Below, in pieces: positions 20,810 through 28,274 of a DNA stretch of 32,000 nucleotides. The DNA comes from Pseudoalteromonas translucida KMM 520 (GTDB lineage Bacteria; Pseudomonadota; Gammaproteobacteria; Enterobacterales; Alteromonadaceae): the NCBI RefSeq assembly GCF_001465295.1, contig NZ_CP011034.1, forward strand, positions 2,880,001-2,912,000, read 5' to 3'. Position 1 is the first letter of the stretch; every line of letters begins with the position of its first letter. The notes under the pieces were generated by a model, which did not search any database, was not told where the DNA came from, and was given only the letters and a program-made list of their open reading frames with translations. A program made the position numbers and the translations under genes.

Positions 20810-21614
20810 ACCCATAAAAGTAAGTAATATGTGGAATAACACCACCTAATTTAGACATTTGCGGGTGCTGGCTTACTTGTGCACAGACACCAAATACATC
20901 ATTAAGCATGTCCTCGCTGAGCACATCGATGGGGGAGCCTGTATTAACAATTTCGCCGTGATTTATAACCACCAGCTCATCGCACATTGCCGCGGCTAAG
21001 TTTAAATCATGAAACGATGCAAACACAGTAACGCCAAGTGATTTAGCCAGCTCCATTACCTGAATTTGATACTTCACATCTAAGTGGCTGGTTGGCTCAT
21101 CCATAATTAACAGTTGCGGTTGCTGCACCATAGCCCGAGCAATTAACGCGCGTTGCTTTTCCCCCCCCGAAAGCGACTCAAAACGTTGATCTGTATGATC
21201 CTGCAAACCAACTCGCGCTATAGCTTGGATTATTTTTTGTGTGTCGGCTGTTGTGGTGGTGCTAAATAATGCTTTATGTGGTGTTAACCCTAGTGCAACA
21301 ACATCTAATAAAGTTAAATTAAATTGTGATGGAGTTTCTTGTAAAACAACCGCAACCTGCTTTGCGTATTCATGGCTCTTTAACTGCCAAATATCGGTAT
21401 TATTAAATTTAATTTGCCCTGCTGTGGGCTGATTAAAGCGATACAAACACCGCAGTAAACTCGACTTACCTGCGCCATTGGGGCCAATTAAGCCAACGAA
21501 CTTACCTTGCTTTATTTGCAAATTAATATTGTTGAGAATAGTTTTACTGCCAATATTCCACGACACGCGATTAACGCTTAACAATGGTGTATTTAATGGC
21601 GTTTGAGTTTGCAA
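20802..21614 (-). CDS. btuD: Corrinoid/iron-siderophore type ABC ATPase (BtuD/FecE-like)
   Basis: It carries Walker A GPNGAGKSS, signature LSGGEKQR and Walker B LIMDEPTSHLD. It uses a TTG start at 21614, because an in-frame TAA lies two codons upstream. AGGG sits 7 nt upstream. Alternative starts are the TTG at 21584 (MLSVNRVSW…) or the downstream in-frame GTG (CGC GTG TCG). Confidence 0.83.
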   Translation of the reverse strand: MQTQTPLNTPLLSVNRVSWNIGSKTILNNINLQIKQGKFVGLIGPNGAGKSSLLRCLYRFNQPTAGQIKFNNTDIWQLKSHEYAKQVAVVLQETPSQFNLTLLDVVALGLTPHKALFSTTTTADTQKIIQAIARVGLQDHTDQRFESLSGGEKQRALIARAMVQQPQLLIMDEPTSHLDVKYQIQVMELAKSLGVTVFASFHDLNLAAAMCDELVVINHGEIVNTGSPIDVLSEDMLNDVFGVCAQVSQHPQMSKLGGVIPHITYFYGYE

Positions 21615-21689
21615 TAGTTAGCCCTAGGCAGGAATGCGCTCACTAACAATGCAACTAACTATGGCTAGTACATAATTTGAAGATGAGTA

Positions 21690-21810
21690 AACCCGCTCGT
21701 TAAAATAGTTTATTTGTATCTGACTTAAAGCGTTATGCTAATTACAGTTGCGGGAACAGTTGAGGAGTTGCACCTCATTCCAAATGAATGCTCTATTATG
21801 GGTGGCTAAG
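21690..21810 (-). promoter_or_regulatory. Cobalamin riboswitch aptamer (compact form) in the leader of the btuD-like operon
   Basis: The minus-strand RNA reads …AAUAGAGCAUUCAUUUGGAAUGAGGUGCAACUCCUCAACUGUUCCCGCAACUGUAAUUAGCAUAACGCUUUAAGUCAGAUAC…. This matches the conserved cobalamin core GGAA…GGUG.AA.UCC….CUG.CCCGCAACUGUAA, followed by a B12-box-like AGUCAG. It lies between the porin terminator and the first gene of a B12 transport and salvage operon. Confidence 0.72.
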
Positions 21811-21825
21811 TAAATAATTTAAAGC

Positions 21826-21856
21826 AAAAAAAACCGCACTTAACAAAGTACGGTTT
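21826..21856 (-). terminator. Rho-independent terminator of the porin gene
   Basis: The hairpin AAACCGTACT-TTGTTA-AGTGCGGTTT (minus strand, one mismatch) is followed by a T8 run. Confidence 0.75.
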
Positions 21857-21879
21857 AAAAAAACAGTGCTAAGCGCTGC

Positions 21880-22818
21880 TTAAAATTTATATTCTATACC
21901 TACACCTAGGTAATCTTGGTCAACGTTGTTGTCCATATCGAAATTAGAATAAAAACCAAATAATTTAGTGTTTTTATTTAACTGATGATCAACACCTGCC
22001 GAAATAGCCGTTTTGTCATCACCGCCTTTAAAATCCATTGCCTGGTACTGCAATTTAAAGGTGTTGCTAGCCATAGTGTAACCTGCACTTAATAAATAAC
22101 CGTCGGCCTCGCTACTGCCATCAACTTTTTCTTGCGTTTGATACATAGCACCTAATTTAAAATCGGCTACTTTACCTTGTATTGACGCGCGCACTACATC
22201 GTAGCCGTTCACTTCGCTATCGGCAGCAATAGCGGCATAAATTGCGCTCTTTTTAAGAGCTGCGTCACCATAAGTTACAGCCATTGAATAACCATTTTTA
22301 GCATCTGCTGCATCGCTATCCTCTGCAACAAACGTAGCTAATAGCTTAAAACCTTGGTAAGAATTAGAGGCATAAGAAACACTACTGCCCATTCTATTTT
22401 CGCCTTTAAAGGCATTTTTAAGGTCGGCTTCTAAATCGCTAAATAAATCAACTTTGCCTTGAGACTGCTTAAGCGCGGTATCGTTACGGCCAATTACAAC
22501 TTGGCCAAACGCACCTTTTAAACCTATATATTGATTACGAGCAGAAATATTGTCGTCATTATCGCCTTTTGAGTCGGCGTCAGAAACATCAACTTGAAAT
22601 TCAAACTTATAAACAGCTTCTAAACCATCAGATATTTTTTCAGACCCTTTTAAGCCCAAACGTGATGAGTTACTTTTAATTTCGGTAAAAGAGCCTTCGC
22701 CATCATCCGACGACTGAAGTGTTACATTCGCTTTACCGTAAAAATCCACTTCAGCAAGCGCATTAAAAGATAAACCACCTAATAAAGCTATACATAAGCT
22801 CGACTTTACAAATTTCAT
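21880..22818 (-). CDS. General diffusion porin (Gram-negative porin family, 16-strand type)
   Basis: It has a signal peptide (…SFNALAEV) and an N-terminal DFYGKANVTLQ. The sequence shows alternating beta-strand periodicity. The C-terminus ends …GVGIEYKF with a terminal aromatic residue. RBS is GAGGAA. Confidence 0.85.
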   Translation of the reverse strand: MKFVKSSLCIALLGGLSFNALAEVDFYGKANVTLQSSDDGEGSFTEIKSNSSRLGLKGSEKISDGLEAVYKFEFQVDVSDADSKGDNDDNISARNQYIGLKGAFGQVVIGRNDTALKQSQGKVDLFSDLEADLKNAFKGENRMGSSVSYASNSYQGFKLLATFVAEDSDAADAKNGYSMAVTYGDAALKKSAIYAAIAADSEVNGYDVVRASIQGKVADFKLGAMYQTQEKVDGSSEADGYLLSAGYTMASNTFKLQYQAMDFKGGDDKTAISAGVDHQLNKNTKLFGFYSNFDMDNNVDQDYLGVGIEYKF

Positions 22819-22980
22819 GTTATTTCCTCGATAATCACAACAGACTCGTTTTTAATGCGACAGAAGTTTGGCACTGTTAAGTGACAAAAATATTACAGCC
22901 GTCATATTTTTACACTTTTAAATTCATAAAAATACATAATAGTTGCAATCAAACGTACATATACAGCAAAAACATTGTCC

Positions 22981-23844
22981 TTACTCTACAGGTAACTTAG
23001 GGGTCATTTGGGTTAATAAATTTACTAATGTTTCTATTAACTCTTTTTGCTCATTGTCTCTGTGATAGGCAACAAATATATCGCGCGAGGTGGTTTCCAC
23101 GTCTTTCACATGAAATAACTCGCCTTTTTCTAAATGCGCAGCAACAAGCACTTGAGGAATAAATGCACTCCCTCCGCATTGCAATATTAAATCGAGTGCT
23201 ATACGCCCGGTACTTGTTCTAAAGTAAGGTGGAGTTTTGCCAGTAAACTGGCGAGCATGCCACAGTGAGAACGTCGTGCCCCAGTCAACATATACGTACT
23301 GGTTATCAAAAAAGTTATCGTAACTGGCAGTATCAAACGCGCTTACTGGTATAATGGGGAGTTCACAAATTCGCTCAACTACCAGTTCATCAACTTTGGG
23401 TGGATCAAATAAAATAGCTAAATCTAAGGTGCGCTCTAATAACAGGCGGGTACTTTCTTGTTGTGCTTTTACCTCAGCCACCAAAGACACACCGGGCATT
23501 GCCGATACAATATTAGTAATACCAAACTGTAAAAACGCATCCCAAATGTTTGGTGTACCCGCAAGGCAAATTTGTTTATGCATATTATCGGCAAGTGCCA
23601 CATCTACTTTTGCTCTTTGCATGCCGGTAATGATCATTTGTGCATGGGGTAATAAACGCTCACCTGGCGCTGTTAGTTGAATATTATTGCGCTGGCGAAT
23701 AAACAAATTAACACCAAGCCCTTGCTCTAATTGACGAATTCTAAAGCTTACTGCAGACTGCGTGATATAAAGGTTTTCAGCCGCTTTGCCAAAGTGACGA
23801 GTGCGCACTACCTCAACAAATGTTTTTAATAAATCGATATCCAA
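22981..23844 (-). CDS. hdfR: LysR-family transcriptional regulator HdfR
   Basis: The N-terminal 70 aa (MDIDLLKTFVEVVRTRHFGKAAENLYITQSAVSFRIRQLEQGLGVNLFIRQRNNIQLTAPGERLLP) are highly similar to E. coli HdfR. It is divergent from a yifE/maoP homologue, as in E. coli. Confidence 0.85.
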   Translation of the reverse strand: MDIDLLKTFVEVVRTRHFGKAAENLYITQSAVSFRIRQLEQGLGVNLFIRQRNNIQLTAPGERLLPHAQMIITGMQRAKVDVALADNMHKQICLAGTPNIWDAFLQFGITNIVSAMPGVSLVAEVKAQQESTRLLLERTLDLAILFDPPKVDELVVERICELPIIPVSAFDTASYDNFFDNQYVYVDWGTTFSLWHARQFTGKTPPYFRTSTGRIALDLILQCGGSAFIPQVLVAAHLEKGELFHVKDVETTSRDIFVAYHRDNEQKELIETLVNLLTQMTPKLPVE

Positions 23845-23895
23845 TTTTTTATCCTCACGATAAAAATAACTTGTTTAAAATATTTGCAAACTTGC

Positions 23896-23912
23896 CGCAT
23901 ACTCCAGCAATT
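23896..23912 (+). promoter_or_regulatory. Candidate maoS-like site in the hdfR-maoP spacer
   Basis: CGCATACTCCAGCAATT shares a contiguous ATACTCC core, and 9 of 17 positions, with the E. coli maoS sequence as I recall it (CTAATACTCCGCGCCAT). E. coli maoS lies in the same hdfR-maoP intergenic position. Confidence 0.3.
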
Positions 23913-23934
23913 ACCAAGGTATGAGGGTACAACA

Positions 23935-24309
23935 ATGAGCAATGATATTTCACTACTTCGCCAAGCATTTGTTAGTCAACGTCAGTTTTTTGATGATCAA
24001 AACTTCCCACGCGGATTTGGTCGCAGCGGAAACTTTACCTTATTAGAAGCCAGTATATTAGAGCAACACGGTGTTGTTTTAAAAGGCTTACATAATAAAG
24101 CCCTAGAGCCACAAAATGAACATCAGCAACAATTTGTCGCTGTTATTAGTGGTGCTTTAGAGCCAACCAATGCAATTGAGCGCGCTTGGGTTAAATACTT
24201 AAAGTTAACAACAAGCAAAGCAAAGTTCCATACATTATTTGGCCGCTCAAAAATAGCGACCCCAGCACCAATAAGCCAAGACTATTACGCCGAGTCAGAC
24301 AGTATGTAA
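23935..24309 (+). CDS. maoP: Macrodomain Ori protein MaoP (YifE, UPF0438/DUF413)
   Basis: …FFDDQNFPRGFGRSGNFTLLEASILEQHG… and …AWVKYLKLTTSKAKFHTL… align with E. coli YifE (…[29 protein letters not shown]…, …RPKRFHTL…). I chose the ATG at 23935, with GAGGG 8 nt upstream. The track start at 23884 is a TTG. Confidence 0.87.
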   Translation: MSNDISLLRQAFVSQRQFFDDQNFPRGFGRSGNFTLLEASILEQHGVVLKGLHNKALEPQNEHQQQFVAVISGALEPTNAIERAWVKYLKLTTSKAKFHTLFGRSKIATPAPISQDYYAESDSM

Positions 24310-24421
24310 TTGCTTAAACTATTTAATTTTTACGTTTTAAATTTAAATAGTTAAACATACACCAAGCCTAGCGCGAGTACAAAATACATCGCGCTACGGG
24401 CTTACTTAAGTTAACTAACTT

Positions 24422-25342
24422 TTAAACCACGCCTGAGGCAACAATAGCGGCTTTTTTACGTTTCCGAGATTGCCTAAAAGAGTCCCAACTAAAAATAGCC
24501 AATGCACTCCAAATACAAACAAATGTTACTACACGCTCGGCATCAAACACTTCACCGTAAAGCATCACAGCTAATATAAACATTAAACTTGGCCCTATGT
24601 ACTGAAAAAAGCCTAAAGTGGTGTATTGCAAGCGCTTAGCTGCGCCGGTAAAGCACAGTAGTGGTAAGGTGGTAATGATCCCGGCACTAATGAGTAAAAC
24701 ATTGGTATGCCACTCATTAGCAGGCAAGCTTGACGTTGCTGTAGGCACCATTAAATACCAATAAATAAGCGCTACTGGCAAGAGTATAAATGCCTCTATT
24801 GAAATACCAGACAACGCTTCCACTGGCAGTTTTTTACGCAGTAAACCATATATTGCAAATGATATAGCTAACGAAAAAGCAACCACAGGAAATGAGCCAA
24901 AACTTATTAACTGCAGCAATACACCGGTAAATGCTAAAGCAACAGCAACCATTTGAAATTTACGTAAACGTTCGTCTAAAAACAACACTCCCAGTAATAC
25001 ATTTAGTAACGGATTAATGTAATAACCTAAACTGGCATCGAGCATATGATTATTATTAACCGCCCATATAAACAAGCCCCAGTTAAACCCCAGTATCGAC
25101 GAGGTTAAAACCAGCATTAACAATAACTTAGGCTGTACTATAATGCGTTTAATTCTATCCCACTGGCCTAAAATACACACAATAATAATTAAAAACATCA
25201 CCGACCACACAACACGATGCGTTAAAATTTCAAATGCTGTTACATGCTGGAGTTGCTTAAAGTATATAGGTGCTAAACCCCATATAGTAAAAGCGATGCA
25301 AGCCAAAATGGCGCCCTTGCGCTTCTCGGTATCAATCGGCAT
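24422..25342 (-). CDS. rarD: EamA/DMT-family permease RarD
   Basis: The 306-aa ORF has ten TM helices and an N-terminus …KGAILACIAFTIWGLAPIYFK typical of RarD. It shows rarD-yigI-(…)-recQ synteny, as in E. coli. Confidence 0.87.
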   Translation of the reverse strand: MPIDTEKRKGAILACIAFTIWGLAPIYFKQLQHVTAFEILTHRVVWSVMFLIIIVCILGQWDRIKRIIVQPKLLLMLVLTSSILGFNWGLFIWAVNNNHMLDASLGYYINPLLNVLLGVLFLDERLRKFQMVAVALAFTGVLLQLISFGSFPVVAFSLAISFAIYGLLRKKLPVEALSGISIEAFILLPVALIYWYLMVPTATSSLPANEWHTNVLLISAGIITTLPLLCFTGAAKRLQYTTLGFFQYIGPSLMFILAVMLYGEVFDAERVVTFVCIWSALAIFSWDSFRQSRKRKKAAIVASGVV

Positions 25343-25394
25343 AAATAAACACTTAGTTATTCAAAAGGTCGCCAGTTTACTCCGCAAACTTTTA

Positions 25395-25850
25395 TTAGCC
25401 AACTAAATACGTGCCCGTACCAAATGCTATTTGTACTGCTTGCTCATTATGCAATTCCATCCTACAAACACATACTTTATTGCCGGAGCGAATTAAAGTG
25501 GCGCTGGCTATAAATTTCTCGCCTTTGCCTGGGCGTAAGTAATCGGTGCGCATATCTATAGTGCCTAAAGTGGCCAGTTTTTGCTGCACAGATAAAATAT
25601 CAATATCGTTTAGCTTATCTATTACACTTGCTGCTGCTAACATGCCGCCTACGTTATCGAGCACTGCCGAAATGACGCCGCCATGGAGTATTTTTTGTGC
25701 TGGGTTCCCTATGAGTATATCCTGCCAAGGAAACGATATTTTTGCTTGTTCTGGGCTAAGTGATTCCACCGATATTTTTAAAAATTGGTTAAACGGCATA
25801 TTGTTTACAAACAGCGAGCCTACGTGCTCTATTAACATTTCTTTATTCAT
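25395..25850 (-). CDS. yigI: PaaI/hotdog-fold acyl-CoA thioesterase YigI
   Basis: …MPFNQFL…GNPAQKILHGGVISAVLDNVGG…GTIDMRTDYLRPGKGEKFIASATLIRSGNKVCVCRMELHNE… aligns closely with E. coli YigI. Confidence 0.87.
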   Translation of the reverse strand: MNKEMLIEHVGSLFVNNMPFNQFLKISVESLSPEQAKISFPWQDILIGNPAQKILHGGVISAVLDNVGGMLAAASVIDKLNDIDILSVQQKLATLGTIDMRTDYLRPGKGEKFIASATLIRSGNKVCVCRMELHNEQAVQIAFGTGTYLVG

Positions 25851-26051
25851 TATTATTCTCTATGTTATACTTGGTAAGAGGAGTAAAGCATAACTAGGCT
25901 AAAACTAGCAACACAGTTAAATTTATTAGCCGCTTAAAGTCAGCTAATATCCCCTCCCATCGCGAGTAAATTTACACCTTATAAATTTATTCAAAAAACA
26001 TTCAGCACTCGCTAAAGACATCCTGTATAAAAAACACTAAAATATCCCGCA

Positions 26052-27875
26052 ATGAATACATTAACACCACCCCCTAGCTCACTTGTGCGCACCCCTGAAG
26101 CTGTACTCAAACAAGTGTTTGGTTATAGTGAATTTCGCGACGGCCAAAAAACGGTTATTGATGCAGCCATTAACGGCCAAGATTCGCTGGTATTGCTGCC
26201 AACCGGTGGCGGTAAATCTGTGTGTTATCAAATACCCGCTTTAGTGCTTGAAGGGGTAACTATTGTTATTTCTCCGCTAATATCGCTAATGCAAGATCAG
26301 GTAACTCAACTACAAGCACTGGGCGTTAAAGCCGCATATATAAACAATAGCTTAGCCCGCGAAGAGCAGCAGCAGGTATACCAACAACTCCATCAGGGAT
26401 TAATTAAACTCCTGTATGTTGCCCCTGAAAAAGTACTGCAGCGCGAATTTTTAGAGCGCTTATCGCATTTAAAAATCAGCTTGTTTGCTATTGACGAAGC
26501 GCATTGCGTATCGCATTGGGGACACGATTTTAGACCCCATTACTTTCGTTTAAGCGAATTAAAACAACGTTTTGCTCATGTACCTATGATGGCGCTTACT
26601 GCAACCGCCGATAAAGCCACTCGTTTTGATATAGTTGAGCAATTAAAATTACAACAACCCTATATTCATACCGGCAGCTTTGATCGCCCTAATATTCGCT
26701 ACACCATAGAAGAAAAATTTAAACCTATGGTGCAACTGCTGCGCTATTTAAAAGAACAAAAAAGTCAAAGCGGCATAATTTATTGCACCAGCCGTAAGCG
26801 CGTAGACGACATAGCCGAAAAACTAGCCGACGCGGGGCTTAACGCTGCCGCCTATCATGCTGGTATGAGTAACGAACAACGCCAATTTGTGCAAACCGGC
26901 TTTGCCCGCGACGACATACAAATAGTGGTTGCTACAGTGGCCTTTGGTATGGGTATAAACAAACCCAATGTGCGCTTTGTATTGCATTATGATATTCCCA
27001 AAAGCATAGAGTCGTACTATCAAGAAACTGGCCGCGCTGGGCGAGATGGCCTTGCCGCTGAGGCTATAATGTATTTTGATCCGGCAGATATAGGCCGTGT
27101 AAGACGCTTTTTTGAAGATATTGACGACGAGCAACGTCGCCGCGTCGAAGAGCAGCGCTTTAATGCCATGGCCAGTTTTGCCGAAGCACAAACCTGTCGT
27201 CGACAAATACTGCTTAACTATTTTAGTGAATACCAAAGAGAACCGTGCGGTAACTGCGATATTTGCTTAAATCCGCCCAAAAGTTTTGATGGCACTTTAG
27301 TAGCGCAGCAAGCACTATCGTGTGTGTACAGAGCAGAGCAACGCTTTGGCCTTGGATATATTGTTGAGCTACTACGCGGTGCAAACACTAGTCGTATTCG
27401 CGATAATAACCATCATCAACTCAGTACCTACGGCATTGGCAAAGACAAAAGCAGTGAGTTTTGGCTAAGTATTTTACGCCAGCTTATTCATCAAGGCTTA
27501 TTAAGCCAAGACATAACCCAAGGTGCATCACTGCGTTTAACCGAAGCCGCGCGCGCTATTTTAAAAAGCGAATATGCGTTGCAACTCGCAGAGCCTCGCT
27601 TGCAAGCTAAGCACGTTTATCAAGATAAATTAGCCCAGTTTAATTACGACAAAAAACTATTTGCTCGCTTAAGAGCGCTGCGAAAAGAGTTAGCCGATGC
27701 CGACGATGTACCGCCGTACGTGGTATTTAACGACAAAACGCTTGCAGAAATGGCGCAACTAATGCCAACCAACGACAGCGAATTTTTAAAAGTGTCGGGG
27801 GTTGGCTTTACTAAATTAAATAAGTATGGCGGTGAGTTTTTAACTGCAATTCGCAACTACCTTGCTACTAACTAA
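26052..27875 (+). CDS. recQ: ATP-dependent DNA helicase RecQ
   Basis: Helicase motifs PTGGGKS and DEAHCVSHWGHDFRP are present. So are the Zn-finger CGNCDIC, the winged-helix region and a C-terminal HRDC domain. It is collinear with E. coli RecQ. Confidence 0.97.
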   Translation: MNTLTPPPSSLVRTPEAVLKQVFGYSEFRDGQKTVIDAAINGQDSLVLLPTGGGKSVCYQIPALVLEGVTIVISPLISLMQDQVTQLQALGVKAAYINNSLAREEQQQVYQQLHQGLIKLLYVAPEKVLQREFLERLSHLKISLFAIDEAHCVSHWGHDFRPHYFRLSELKQRFAHVPMMALTATADKATRFDIVEQLKLQQPYIHTGSFDRPNIRYTIEEKFKPMVQLLRYLKEQKSQSGIIYCTSRKRVDDIAEKLADAGLNAAAYHAGMSNEQRQFVQTGFARDDIQIVVATVAFGMGINKPNVRFVLHYDIPKSIESYYQETGRAGRDGLAAEAIMYFDPADIGRVRRFFEDIDDEQRRRVEEQRFNAMASFAEAQTCRRQILLNYFSEYQREPCGNCDICLNPPKSFDGTLVAQQALSCVYRAEQRFGLGYIVELLRGANTSRIRDNNHHQLSTYGIGKDKSSEFWLSILRQLIHQGLLSQDITQGASLRLTEAARAILKSEYALQLAEPRLQAKHVYQDKLAQFNYDKKLFARLRALRKELADADDVPPYVVFNDKTLAEMAQLMPTNDSEFLKVSGVGFTKLNKYGGEFLTAIRNYLATN

Positions 27876-27882
27876 GAGCATT

Positions 27883-28167
27883 ATGACCATAATAGAATAT
27901 CACCACACGCATCAATGCATTATTATTACGCCGGTAGAGCCGCCCCACGACGAAGACTTTGAACTGTGGAGTCGCTTGTTTTTACACCACAATGAAATAA
28001 CCATTAATGAGTACTCTGCTGGTGCCGATCGCCATCAACTGCGCTTCACTTATCAGCAGCAAACATTTAATTTAAACTTTGAACACTACAGCCAAAGTAT
28101 TTGGATTAACGGCGAAGGCCATGACGCTGAGCATTTATTAGCCGCACTTACTTTTTACCTAAGTTAA
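27883..28167 (+). CDS. Hypothetical small acidic, His-rich protein (94 aa)
   Basis: The ATG at 27883 is 7 nt after the recQ stop, with a TAAGAG RBS that overlaps the recQ stop codon. The translation begins MTIIEYHHTHQCIIITPVEPPHDEDFELWSRLFLHHNE…. There is no signal peptide or TM helix, and I do not recognise the family. Confidence 0.55.
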   Translation: MTIIEYHHTHQCIIITPVEPPHDEDFELWSRLFLHHNEITINEYSAGADRHQLRFTYQQQTFNLNFEHYSQSIWINGEGHDAEHLLAALTFYLS

Positions 28168-28274
28168 TGGCAATTAAATAATTTCAAACTCTCTACTTTT
28201 AACTTACATTTTAGTAACAATGATGTAAGCTGATATTACGGTAGTAATTTGCTACGTAGCAGTAAAGGGTTTGA

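Noticed and set aside
22830-22837. A Fur-box-like GATAATCA lies just upstream of the porin RBS.
   Set aside because: It is only an 8-nt partial match to the 19-bp Fur consensus. In a roughly 40% GC genome this is expected by chance.
22869-22874. A sigma-54-like TGGCAC element lies in the porin upstream region.
   Set aside because: It lies on the plus strand, pointing into the 3' end of hdfR and away from the porin. It also lacks the TTGC element at the correct 5-nt spacing (TGGCAC-TGTTA-AGTG).
26023-26038. A LexA/SOS-box-like sequence, CTGTATAAAAAACACT, lies about 15 nt upstream of the recQ start. recQ has been reported as SOS-inducible in E. coli.
   Set aside because: The spacing and second half-site do not fit CTG-N10-CAG. 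Here the sequence is CTG-N9-CAC, so only one half-site is intact. I cannot support it without a species-specific LexA matrix.
28250-28261. A 12-bp perfect palindrome, TGCTACGTAGCA, lies 14 nt upstream of the Omp85 gene start.
   Set aside because: It is short, contains the common ACGT core and overlaps the RBS-proximal region. There is no second copy or flanking conservation that I can evaluate, so chance occurrence is plausible.
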